In this document: positions 1 to 7,914 of the stretch, piece by piece
Layout of the letters: each line of letters opens with the position of its first letter
How positions within the stretch are numbered: position 1 is the first letter of the stretch
DNA from: an uncultured virus (IMG/VR IMGVR_UViG_2061766007_000763)
Lineage: Duplodnaviria; Heunggongvirae; Uroviricota; Caudoviricetes
DNA: 20,000 nt
Direction: 5' to 3' (one strand)
IMG/VR virus record: IMGVR_UViG_2061766007_000763
Notes under the pieces: generated by a model
What the model saw: the letters and a program-made list of their open reading frames with translations, nothing else
What the model was told of the DNA's origin: nothing
Databases searched by the model: none
Made by a program: the position numbers and the translations under genes

Positions 1-146
1 GCCATATTGTTGAGTCGAAGATTGAAATCCCTCTCTACGTCGTTCAACCGCATCTGAAGGTTTATGATACGAGTGATTATGACAAGGCTTGCTGCCGAAA
101 ATGCAACAACTATCGCGATAACGAATATAATAAGTGCTGTAATCAT
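1..146 (-). CDS. Small membrane-anchored hypothetical protein, runs off the window edge
   Basis: Manual translation from ATG at 146: MITALIIFVIAIVAFSAASLVIITRIINLQMRLNDVERDFNLRLNNM; hydrophobic N-terminus; AT-rich leader. Confidence 0.6.
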   Translation of the reverse strand, partial: MITALIIFVIAIVVAFSAASLVIITRIINLQMRLNDVERDFNLRLNNM

Positions 147-161
147 AACTATTTTATTTAT

Positions 162-400
162 TTATTTATCAATATCTTCTCTGTTCACAGAGGGAAGCAT
201 AGGCTGTAAGGGATGGCCGAAATTCATTACGCCAATCCAAAGCTGCCTTGTCTGCTTCAGCACCTCAATATCTTGGTCCGATAGCTGCCAACACGTAAGT
301 ATTGTGTTATCATCAACCTTCTTGGCCGGTAGCGGCAGATACTCCGGCTGATTCTCTGCGTAGGTTATGTCTGCTCNNNNNNNNNNNNNNNNNNNNNNNN
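162..400 (-). CDS. Conserved phage hypothetical protein (start lies in N gap)
   Basis: Manual translation ADITYAENQPEYLPLPAKKVDDNTILTCWQLSDQDIEVLKQTRQLWIGVMNFGHPLQPMLPSVNREDIDK*; QPEYLPLPA...CW...LQP pattern recalled from phage proteins; absent from the ORF track. Confidence 0.7.
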
Positions 401-407
401 NNNNNTA

Positions 408-656
408 TTACTCCTCTATTTTGTTAATACTCTTCATTACGTTATCGTGTATATCCTTCAGCATCTCTTTTGTAGAGCCGGGAGTGAACGCGGCTTTACG
501 AGCAAGGTAAACACCGAACTCGATAGTGCAGAATTTGAAGCCTATAGTGGTCAGCACATTCCGGTTATTGTTGTAAACTGCAGAAAGAAAGAGCGTAGGT
601 ATAAAATAGAACGCCGGGAAATCGTTGTCTTGCTTTTTTGAATAGAATAATACCAT
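408..656 (-). CDS. Hypothetical protein
   Basis: 82-aa ORF with AT-rich leader, downstream of a TATATTTG promoter element. Confidence 0.6.
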   Translation of the reverse strand: MVLFYSKKQDNDFPAFYFIPTLFLSAVYNNNRNVLTTIGFKFCTIEFGVYLARKAAFTPGSTKEMLKDIHDNVMKSINKIEE

Positions 657-684
657 AATCGTTAGTTTTTAATAGTTCATGTCG

Positions 685-692
685 CAAATATA
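685..692 (-). promoter_or_regulatory. Bacteroidetes -7 promoter element
   Basis: TATATTTG on minus strand matches TAnnTTTG; intergenic; no clear -33 TTTG. Confidence 0.45.
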
Positions 693-733
693 ATACTTAA
701 TATGAAATGTTGTTCATATTGATGGGATTTTTT

Positions 734-2089
734 TTAGAAGGGAGCTGAATCGTTCTCGTCATTCCTTCGTTCAGGTATGCTGGCCATGTCATAGAACAGT
801 GTCCGGCGGGCATCGAATCCCATGATAAACTTGGTGGTTCCTATATTGCGGCCCTTGGCGAGATTAATCAAAGCCGTGCCTTTCGTCGATACAGTGTTGT
901 ATGGGTCTGAATATTGTCTGCCATATATCTCTGGGCGATAAATCAGTATAACCAAATCTGCTGCCTCAACAATCTGTCCGGAATCTCTTAGTCTGTTGAG
1001 TGTTGGCTCCGGGTTTTCCGGATTCCTATTCAACTGAGAAAGGGCTATAATCCAGATGCCGAGTTCCTTGGCTGCATTCTTCAGCTTTCTTGCGGCCTCA
1101 GCAATAGCTTGTTCCTTGTTAAGCTTTTTGGTGTTCATGTTGAGAATCTGGAGATAATCAATTATGGCACCTTTGATTTTGTACTTGGCAACAAGCTTAT
1201 GAAGGGATACAAGTATGTTATCTATGTTAGACGTACTTTTTTCATCGAGGTATAAGTTCTGGGCCTTCATCTCGGTCATAGTATTCTTAATCTCCTCATA
1301 TTTGTATGTACTGATATTCGGAGAATAGAGAAGGTCACTGGAAGATATGTCCACATTGAAAGAAACGAGCCTTGCAGATAATTGTTTCTTGGTCATCTCC
1401 ATAGAATAGAAGGCTATCGGTTCGTTATTCTGGATAGCACTATAAGCAATCTTCAAAGAGAGGGCTGTTTTACCCATTGAGCTTTCTCCGGCGATAATAA
1501 TCAAATCAGAAGGCTGAAGTCCTCCCTTCTTGTCAAGTGCGGATATGCCGGTAGGAGTACCGGTAAGCTTTCCGTCATTCTTCTGATTGTCGCTAATTGT
1601 CTGAAGCAGCTCGGTAAAACCATCTGCAAGAGTCTCCTCTTTGGAGCCGTTCACCTCAAAGAGCTGCTGGACCTTATCCAGCGCATATTGCCGCACTTCA
1701 TCCAAATCTCGGACCTCTTGTGTGCCGGCAGTGATAAGTTCTTGGCCGAGGACCAACAAATCTCTTCTGATAACAAGCTCTTTCAGTCTGATTGCGTAAG
1801 GCACAATGTTGTTTGTCATCATCGGTTCACGATTGATAGCCGTGATTACATCAAACTTCACATTGGCATCTATCTTACAAAGTTCGGCGTAAACAGTGAC
1901 GACATTCAAATCCAAACCTTTTGCTGCTGCATTCTCAATCGCCTGCCAAACCTTCTTGTGAACATCAAAGTAAAAGCAATCTGCATCAATATATTCCTTT
2001 GCGTCAAGAAAAGACTGGTAATATGTCATGCAGTTCTGCAGAACCTGACGTTCGCACTGTTCATCCCATCTTGCTGCTACGTTCTCCAT
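734..2089 (-). CDS. dnaB: Replicative DNA helicase, DnaB family (phage type)
   Basis: 451 aa; Walker A IAGESSMGKT, YSMEM, Walker B IIDYLQ, ALSQLNR, LRDSGQI, KGRN; N-terminal DnaB domain; follows the replication initiator. Confidence 0.95.
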   Translation of the reverse strand: MENVAARWDEQCERQVLQNCMTYYQSFLDAKEYIDADCFYFDVHKKVWQAIENAAAKGLDLNVVTVYAELCKIDANVKFDVITAINREPMMTNNIVPYAIRLKELVIRRDLLVLGQELITAGTQEVRDLDEVRQYALDKVQQLFEVNGSKEETLADGFTELLQTISDNQKNDGKLTGTPTGISALDKKGGLQPSDLIIIAGESSMGKTALSLKIAYSAIQNNEPIAFYSMEMTKKQLSARLVSFNVDISSSDLLYSPNISTYKYEEIKNTMTEMKAQNLYLDEKSTSNIDNILVSLHKLVAKYKIKGAIIDYLQILNMNTKKLNKEQAIAEAARKLKNAAKELGIWIIALSQLNRNPENPEPTLNRLRDSGQIVEAADLVILIYRPEIYGRQYSDPYNTVSTKGTALINLAKGRNIGTTKFIMGFDARRTLFYDMASIPERRNDENDSAPF

Positions 2090-2848
2090 ATGGATTCTTT
2101 AGTTTTTCGAGTAAACTTAAATAAACCGAAATTCTTTTTTTGTGAAAATCTGGCCAGTTACCAAGTTGTAATAAAGCACTTACAATATCATCGCTGGTAT
2201 ATTGGCTCTTTAGTTTTTTAAATTGTTCTAAGGTTAATTGTTGCTGTACTCTGAGTATATTAGGGCAATTATCACTTACATACTTTTGAAACTTTTTGAA
2301 ATTAACCTCCATTTCAGTTGGTTCTCTTTGAGGAATTTCTCCTTCTGCAAATNNNNNNNNNNNNNNNNNNNNNNNNNNNNNNNNNNNNNNNNNNNNNNNN
2401 NNNNNNNNNNNNNNNNNNNNNNNNNNNNNNNNNNNNNNNNNNNNNNNNNNNNNNNNNNNNNNNNNNNNNNNNNNNNNNNNNNNNNNNNNNNATTTAGCCT
2501 AACGTTTGACTGTCTTTTTGTTTGTTGTTGTTTACTTCCTACACTTTGGTAACTCTCATAGTTACAGATAGTTATTATGCTAAATTTGTTTGTTGTTTTG
2601 ATTGCTATTTCACCGGTGTTTTTTAGTTTATTAAGAGAAATGCGCACTTGCGCTGGAGTAAGATTTATTTCTCCGGCAATAGATGAAACAGTGGCTTCAA
2701 ACTGCCCGCGCTCAATAAGCATTCCTCGCCATTCTTTTTCCTCGAAGTTAGCCTTCAGCAAACAATGCAGGAACACCACCTTCGTATTGGTATCGGTGTA
2801 CCATTCCCATTTGAGCATCTTGCTATAAATTTTAACCCAGCTTTCCAT
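2061..2848 (-). CDS. Phage replication initiator / replisome organizer
   Basis: MESWVKIYSKMLKWEWYTD..VFLHCLLKAN..ERGQF..KFSIITICNYESYQ is a typical phage initiator N-terminus; the frame of ORF 2061..2312 is open up to the N gap (FAEGEIPQREPTEMEVNF), so probably one gene; overlaps dnaB start. Confidence 0.8.
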
Positions 2849-3110
2849 CTTGTTCACAATATTTATTAANNNNNNNNNNNNNNNNNNNNNNNNNNNNNNN
2901 NNNNNNNNNNTTGAACCATTCCCCACGATGATGAAGTCCTTTTTCCTTTAACTCCTGATGTATATTATACTCAAGTTCTCCACACCCTTTGTAAATTTTA
3001 AATAAAGTCAAACTTATATTATTGGACGTTTGCAANNNNNNNNNNNNNNNNNNNNNNNNNNNNNNNNNNNNNNNNNNNNNNNNNNNNNNNNNNNNNNNNN
3101 NNNNNNNNNN
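2832..3110 (-). CDS. GIY-YIG superfamily protein, T5orf172/MUG113-like (ends uncertain, gaps)
   Basis: LQTSN...ELEYNIHQEL...HRGEWF matches the LQT..E..H..GEWF signature; N-terminus in N gap. Confidence 0.65.
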   Translation of the reverse strand, partial: XXXXXXXXXXXXXXXXXXXXXXXXXLQTSNNISLTLFKIYKGCGELEYNIHQELKEKGLHHRGEWFXXXXXXXXXXXXXXXNKYCEQDGKLG

Positions 3111-3385
3111 NNTTTGAGTTTGTTTATAGAAAGAACTTTCGGCCACGATTGCATTATATTACCATTTTCAGAACGATATGTTTGGGATATAAATTCTACT
3201 TTTAAATTTTGCCCTACATATAATTTGAAAAAATCTATATTCTCTTGCTCCCAGACTGTGAAAGCGTAAGTAGAACGACCATCTTTATAGTCTTTCGCAA
3301 TAAAACGTTGGTAAATACAACATTTGCCGTCTTTTTCCAATCGTCTTACGTTGTCTACTTCTATTACTTGGCAAAATACCTTCAT
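3110..3385 (-). CDS. DUF3127-like OB-fold protein, putative ssDNA-binding (stop in N gap)
   Basis: AFTVWEQENIDFFKLYVGQNLKVEFISQTYRSENG resembles the Bacteroidetes DUF3127 pattern; located in the replication module. Confidence 0.55.
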
Positions 3386-3392
3386 AATTGAA

Positions 3393-3671
3393 TCAATCGA
3401 CTCCTTCAAACACGTGGTAGTTTAGTTCACCATCATCAAGAGAGATAGTGCCTATATAACCATCATTCTTTATACTGCCGGAATCAAAGGCCCGGTTGGT
3501 GTCATAGAGACGGAAAATACGTTCCTCTTTCTCTTCCTGCTTTATATCAGCAAGAACAAAGACACATGGTTTACCTTGGACCATTTTCACTGAGAGAATC
3601 TTAGCTCCCTTTGGCATAAGGATAGACTCCTTGTCTATTATCCTTAGCCTGTACTGCATTACTTTCAACAT
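3393..3671 (-). CDS. Conserved phage hypothetical protein
   Basis: MPKGAKILSV...YIGTI...YHVFE pattern recalled from a widespread phage family. Confidence 0.75.
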   Translation of the reverse strand: MLKVMQYRLRIIDKESILMPKGAKILSVKMVQGKPCVFVLADIKQEEKEERIFRLYDTNRAFDSGSIKNDGYIGTISLDDGELNYHVFEGVD

Positions 3672-3699
3672 ACTCGTATATTTTAATTATTACAATCAA

Positions 3700-3857
3700 A
3701 AAACAAATGCGTAAACACAAACAACCTCGCAACCGGATTGGGAGCGAGGTTACAAGGTCATTTGTGCTTACGCAATTTTATGTGGTTGGATAGAATGGGT
3801 ATCTAAACCAGATAAAGCCGATATGTCTGTAATCCGCTCCCATTTGATTACACCGGC
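3700..3857 (-). promoter_or_regulatory. Structured 5' leader / putative attenuator of the replication operon
   Basis: Hairpin 3828-3852 and long hairpin 3708-3774 followed by UUUGUUUUUU; 8-nt complementarity between them (UGGGAGCG/CGCUCCCA). Confidence 0.55.
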
Positions 3858-3864
3858 AAAAATA
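3857..3864 (-). promoter_or_regulatory. Bacteroidetes -7 promoter element for the replication operon
   Basis: TATTTTTG with TTG about 20 nt upstream, just after a terminator. Confidence 0.6.
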
Positions 3865-3907
3865 TGTGATATATTTTATACTCGCAAGAAAACGAGCAAA
3901 TTTTTGC

Positions 3908-3948
3908 AAAAAAAATAAAGGGCCGTGACTCTCACGAGGTGGGCCCTT
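3908..3948 (-). terminator. Intrinsic terminator ending the tRNA/tmRNA transcript
   Basis: AAGGGCC...GGCCCTT stem followed by TATTTTTTTT on minus strand. Confidence 0.75.
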
Positions 3949-4118
3949 CTTGTTAACCTAAAAATCCAAAACCTTAGTTATGAAACAAAACTGCGTCTGT
4001 GGCTTGCCTAAACTTCACGTTCCGTAACAGCCTTAATGAGTTTATCGATGTCATACTGCCTGATGGCACCGGAGTTCCTCACTAAATCGCAGTTTACATT
4101 GTGCATATCAGTTGATAG

Positions 4119-4451
4119 TGGAGGTAGTGGGAGTCGAACCCACGTCCATACAATCTATCCTCGAAGCTTAAATTACAGGCTTTACTCATTTCTGAGATTG
4201 GGAGAAGTCAAACTTATAAGTTCTTCCTCCAGTTCCACCACTCTGTTATATGACACAGAGAAACAACTGTAACTATTATGTTCCTTCGTTAGTCACCAAC
4301 GAGGTGCCTCATGCTGCTGCACGAGTTGAGAAAGCAATCTCTGCACGGGGAGTCATATTAACTACCTTAGCATTTATTGTTTTGCTGTTTTAAGGCACAA
4401 CTGCCTGCCTGAGCTTCTTACTTTCAATCGCTGTCAAAGCCAAATACCCCC
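4119..4451 (-). ncRNA. ssrA: tmRNA (phage-encoded)
   Basis: 5' GGGGGTATTTGGCTTTGAC pairs with 3' TACCTCC-A including G3.U; T arm GTGGG-TTCGACT-CCCAC; tag frame 4371-4309 after ATAAAT reads AKVVNMTPRAEIAFSTRAAA*; followed by CTA, so CCA is not encoded. Confidence 0.93.
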
Positions 4452-4456
4452 TTAAC

Positions 4457-4678
4457 CTATTTTACCTGAGAAGAATCCTCTTCTTTCTTTTCCATCGGCG
4501 GGTCCCATATATCTATGGAACGTTTGCAACTGGAACAAGTAAAGAATGATACGATAGCGGGGTCATCCTCGGAATAAGCGTCGCTTACCTCGTTAGCGTT
4601 AGCGTCACTTCCCCATATAAGTTGACCGCCGCAAATCGGACATATAAATCCTTCAGGTTTGTCTTTTGGTTTACTCAT
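4457..4678 (-). CDS. Small zinc-ribbon protein
   Basis: 73 aa with CPIC and CSSC pairs; lies between tRNA-Met and tmRNA. Confidence 0.7.
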   Translation of the reverse strand: MSKPKDKPEGFICPICGGQLIWGSDANANEVSDAYSEDDPAIVSFFTCSSCKRSIDIWDPPMEKKEEDSSQVK

Positions 4679-4711
4679 ACGCTTATGTGTTTGTAATAAT
4701 CCAAATAGTAG

Positions 4712-4783
4712 TTGCGGGAGAGGGAGTCGAACCCCCGACCTTTGGGTTATGAACCCAACGCGCTACCACTGCGCTACCCCGCG
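4712..4783 (-). tRNA. tRNA-Met(CAT), initiator type
   Basis: CGCGGGG acceptor with C1:A72 mismatch; anticodon arm TTGGG-TTCATAA-CCCAA with three G-C pairs; T loop TTCGACT; followed by CTA. Confidence 0.92.
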
Positions 4784-4930
4784 GTATTGGGACGAATCCC
4801 ACGCCCCTGCCGTTACCTGTTTATTGGGGAGTTTGCAGAACGGCTAAACGCTCTCTCTTGGTTGCACCTCATTTTATCTTCTCAGACTCGTGAGGCTTCT
4901 GATATTTATAAAAAGGACAAAAAAGCATAA

Positions 4931-5001
4931 TGGTGTGCTGGCAGGATTCAAACCTGCGACCTCCGGTACTACCCGGTGCTCTCTCGCTGAGCTACAACAC
5001 A
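4931..5001 (-). pseudogene. Degenerate tRNA / tRNA-like element, anticodon unassignable
   Basis: TGTGTTG/CAGCACA acceptor, GCTC/GAGC D stem, GCAGG-TTTGAAT-CCTGC T arm, ends CCA; D loop lacks GG and anticodon arm is CCGG-GTAGTA-CCGG. Confidence 0.7.
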
Positions 5002-5021
5002 CTTAGAGACAGAACCTTTGC

Positions 5022-5231
5022 TTATCTCTTTTTCTTTGCTGAAGATGTAGTCTTTGTGCTGGCTACCTTCTTCATTGCCTTTGCTTGTGCCTCAAGGCCC
5101 TTAGCTTGCTGCTGGGCCACCTTGACCGCCCGGAACATACGAGCTTTGTCGGCCTTAATCTCTTGGTAACGCGCCATCGTGTAAGCGTCATCTTGCGCTT
5201 GCCACTTCTGCTGTTCACTTATTTTACTCAT
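5022..5231 (-). CDS. Small basic hypothetical protein
   Basis: 69 aa, Lys/Ala-rich, directly downstream of a canonical promoter. Confidence 0.75.
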   Translation of the reverse strand: MSKISEQQKWQAQDDAYTMARYQEIKADKARMFRAVKVAQQQAKGLEAQAKAMKKVASTKTTSSAKKKR

Positions 5232-5250
5232 ATTTCATTTTATTTGCAGG

Positions 5251-5282
5251 CAAAAATATGAAAGTATTTTCATCTATGCAAA
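5251..5282 (-). promoter_or_regulatory. Bacteroidetes sigma-70 promoter for the tRNA/tmRNA cluster
   Basis: TTTG (5282-5279), 20 nt spacer, TATTTTTG (5258-5251). Confidence 0.8.
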
Positions 5283-5409
5283 TTCCGGAGTAAAAATCAG
5301 TCTTTCAGCTTACCGGAACCACCACACATCCAAGTAATAACCTCGCTGAGAACGAAGAGAAATGATAATATACCCATATTGTTTATGTTTTAAGTTATAC
5401 AATTCGTTT

Positions 5410-5591
5410 TTATAATCCGAGAGCCGTTTTAGCTCTATTCCAGATGACGAGAAGACTACTTGCTTTTTCACCGTCATTTACGTAGTCTCCGTTNNNNNNN
5501 NNNNNNCCCACTCGTCAAAGGTAAGCATACCATCTGACATCTGCAATGCCTCAAGAGCATCGTTGTAAATTTCTTCGACTTTTTGTTCCAT
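5410..5591 (-). CDS. Hypothetical protein (joined across N gap)
   Basis: MEQKVEEIYNDALEALQMSDGMLTFDEW, gap, NGDYVNDGEKASSLLVIWNRAKTALGL*. Confidence 0.5.
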
Positions 5592-5596
5592 AGTTA

Positions 5597-6355
5597 TTAT
5601 GTAAATAGTTTCTTGATTTTTGAATACATAGCTCTCGCTCTCTGCTCGGTGTAAGGCATGCCAGATGCGGTAGTCTGACCAAGCTGGTTNNNNNNNNNNN
5701 NNNNNNNNNNNNNNNNNNNNNNNGATAACACCATGAGTTCTGGAGGTATAGGCATCGACATATTTCTTGAAGAAAATATTTGCCGGATTCCTGCGTGCCT
5801 CCTCAGCTTTCTTTTCTGCAGCCGCACTGAGCGCATTCCTGCTGATGGAATTGGGAGAACCGAGTTTGGATATCTTCCGTCCTTTTTTCGAGACATGGAA
5901 TCCATTCTCGGCAATATTCTTTTTAATGGCAGACATAGCTTCTTGGGTTCGGCCCTGTATGAGTTCCTTTTCGCATTGAGCGGCGAAACTAAAAGCAAAG
6001 ATAATCATTTCGTCAATAGCTTTCATGTGGGCAATGTCAAGGTCGAGGTTCATCTTAACTACCACAAGGCGAATTTTGCGAGGTTGGAGCTCGTCGTGCA
6101 AGAGCTTATTAACATCGAAAATGTTTCTGCCTAAGCGCGACAATTCCGATACAATAAGAGTGTCGCCCTCCTTGAGAATTTTAACAAGTTCAAAAAGTTT
6201 ACGTTTTTTGTAAGTAACAGAGCCACTTATTCCTTCGTCGCTTACAACAATATCCGCTTTCATATTGTGAAAGCGCAACCAGTCATCAACAGCGTTCCTT
6301 TGCTGCATAAAGGTCTGGTCTTGAGTCGAAACTCTTTCGTAAANNNNNNNNNNNN
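5597..6355 (-). CDS. Serine recombinase, resolvase/invertase family (start in N gap)
   Basis: In-frame upstream of the tracked ATG reads YERVSTQDQ (catalytic Ser); DEGISG, GDTLIVSELSRLGRN, AQCEKELIQGRT; C-terminus NQLGQTTASGMPY..KLFT* in the frame after the gap. Confidence 0.9.
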
Positions 6356-7332
6356 NNNNNNNNNNNNNNNNNNNNNNNNNNNNNNATCAAATATTTCGCA
6401 TCTGTATGTCCATTGTGATAAGCGTATAAAACGGTGTCATATCTCATATTGTATATGCTGCATAATTCCTTTAGGGAGATATTCTTGCCTTCGTGTTCTA
6501 AGAACAATCGACATGGAGATTTATATGTCTTTACTTTATAAGCTTGGTTTTTATATGTTTCAATAAGAGTACCCAAATCTTTTGTCTGCAAGTAGTACGC
6601 GCTATGAACTCTTTTATAGTTCATATTGTAAACTTCACACCATTCTTTTAATGTTTTTCTTTCTCCGTTATATTCTATAAAAACTTGATACTCTTTTTTC
6701 TTTTGGCGATTTTTGAATGTTCTTATAAGATACCCCATATTTTTATGACCACTATACCAAGCGTTTTGAACGTTTGCATAAATCATATCGTATTTTTCGC
6801 ACCATTGTTTAAGAGTCATTGTTTTTCCTCGATACGTAATATAGATATTGGTTCTCCTGTTATTGTTNNNNNNNNNNNNNNNNNNNNNNNNNNNNNNNNN
6901 NNNNNNNNTGTTATCAATCCTATCCAGACTCATTTTTTCAGGTTTTTCACCCATATCTGCGTAAAAATTCTCAAAAGAGTGAAGCCATCTATCGCAAACC
7001 TTTATACCTCTTCCGCCGTATCTTGGATAGTATNNNNNNNNNNNNNNNNTGGCCTTAATGCCGGCCCACACTCGGTGCGTTGCCGTTAAAGACATTCCAT
7101 GCTTAAATGTTTTTTCTTTGGTTAATTCCTTTCTCCAACATCCGCACGATTTATGGGGTGTCTTTTTGGATGTAAAATAGCTAACATTTCTCACAACGTG
7201 GTTTCCGCAATCACAAACGCAGTTATAACAATAAAGGCCCTGACTGTCTTTGTGAGAAAAACTCAATACGAGTAAACGCCCGATTTTCTTACCTATCAGG
7301 TTCTTGTTTGTTTTTAACTCGAATTTTTCCAT
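6350..7332 (-). CDS. Phage HNH homing-endonuclease-like protein with three C-terminal repeats (stop probably in N gap)
   Basis: [52 protein letters not shown]; repeats [36 protein letters not shown]. Confidence 0.88.
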
Positions 7333-7335
7333 AAT

Positions 7336-7472
7336 AAAAAACGAAGGGTAACTTTCAAGAAGCGGCCTCCTACCTCCGCGACTTTACTCATTACCCTTGT
7401 TATATTGCACTTGCTCAGTAGGAGTTGAGCATAGTTTATGCAAAAATAAAAAAACGTTTTTAATTATCCAAA
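7336..7472 (-). promoter_or_regulatory. Promoter plus structured leader of the HNH gene
   Basis: TTTG (7472-7469), 20 nt, TATTTTTG (7448-7441); hairpin 7412-7431; hairpin 7344-7398 followed by a U tract. Confidence 0.7.
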
Positions 7473-7517
7473 ATAAAGTATATTTGGCTGCACCGGTACG
7501 TATCACCGATACCGATG

Positions 7518-7525
7518 CAAAGATA
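7518..7525 (-). promoter_or_regulatory. Bacteroidetes -7 promoter element
   Basis: TATCTTTG with CTTG 20 nt upstream. Confidence 0.55.
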
Positions 7526-7553
7526 GTGATATGAATTATAATTCACAAGCAAA

Positions 7554-7910
7554 TCACGGATTTTTTCTCCAATCCCTATCCGGTATCGGATAATTATAAT
7601 CATGCTTATAATCTTCCGGGAACTTCCATGAATCTCTTCCAAGAAAATCCTTGACTATTTTTGTTCCATAAGGAACTATTATTACTTCAGGAGGGAGAGT
7701 TATCCTATCATTGGTTGGCATACCATATTTCATAATAGTCTCATACCTTTCATGCAAAGGAACATCGTCAAGGTTGTTGTAGATTTTGCCGTCATAAATT
7801 ATGGCAGNNNNNNNNNNNNNNNNNNNNNNNNNNNNNNNNNNNNNNNNNNNNNNNNNNNNNNNNNNGCCGAATCCTTGCAGTCTGGAATCTACATAAATAC
7901 ACTCCCACAT
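7554..7910 (-). CDS. Hypothetical protein
   Basis: Likely start MWECIYV just after the previous stop; spans an N gap. Confidence 0.6.
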   Translation of the reverse strand: MWECIYVDSRLQGFGXXXXXXXXXXXXXXXXXXXXAIIYDGKIYNNLDDVPLHERYETIMKYGMPTNDRITLPPEVIIVPYGTKIVKDFLGRDSWKFPEDYKHDYNYPIPDRDWRKNP

Positions 7911-7914
7911 AATG

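Noticed and set aside
2353..2530. Replication origin iterons within the initiator gene
   Set aside because: The expected position is mostly N, so it cannot be assessed
4008..4106. 32-codon minus-strand ORF after the tmRNA
   Set aside because: Short, no recognisable leader or motif; may be part of a non-coding 3' region
4119..4150. tmRNA 3' end as a prophage attachment site
   Set aside because: Phage-like genes lie on both sides and no duplicate of the 3' end is in the window
4826..4870. Plus-strand sequence GGGGAGTTTGCAGAACGGCTAAACGC resembling a tRNA 5' half
   Set aside because: No anticodon arm, T arm or matching 3' acceptor strand found
4931..5001. Suppressor tRNA or stop-codon recoding
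   Set aside because: No CTA/TCA/TTA anticodon in the loop, and long genes are intact under the standard code
6286..6343. HNH-resolvase fusion or long overlap
   Set aside because: This segment reads as the resolvase catalytic motif in another frame; the junction is hidden in the N gap, so the HNH extension is probably artifactual
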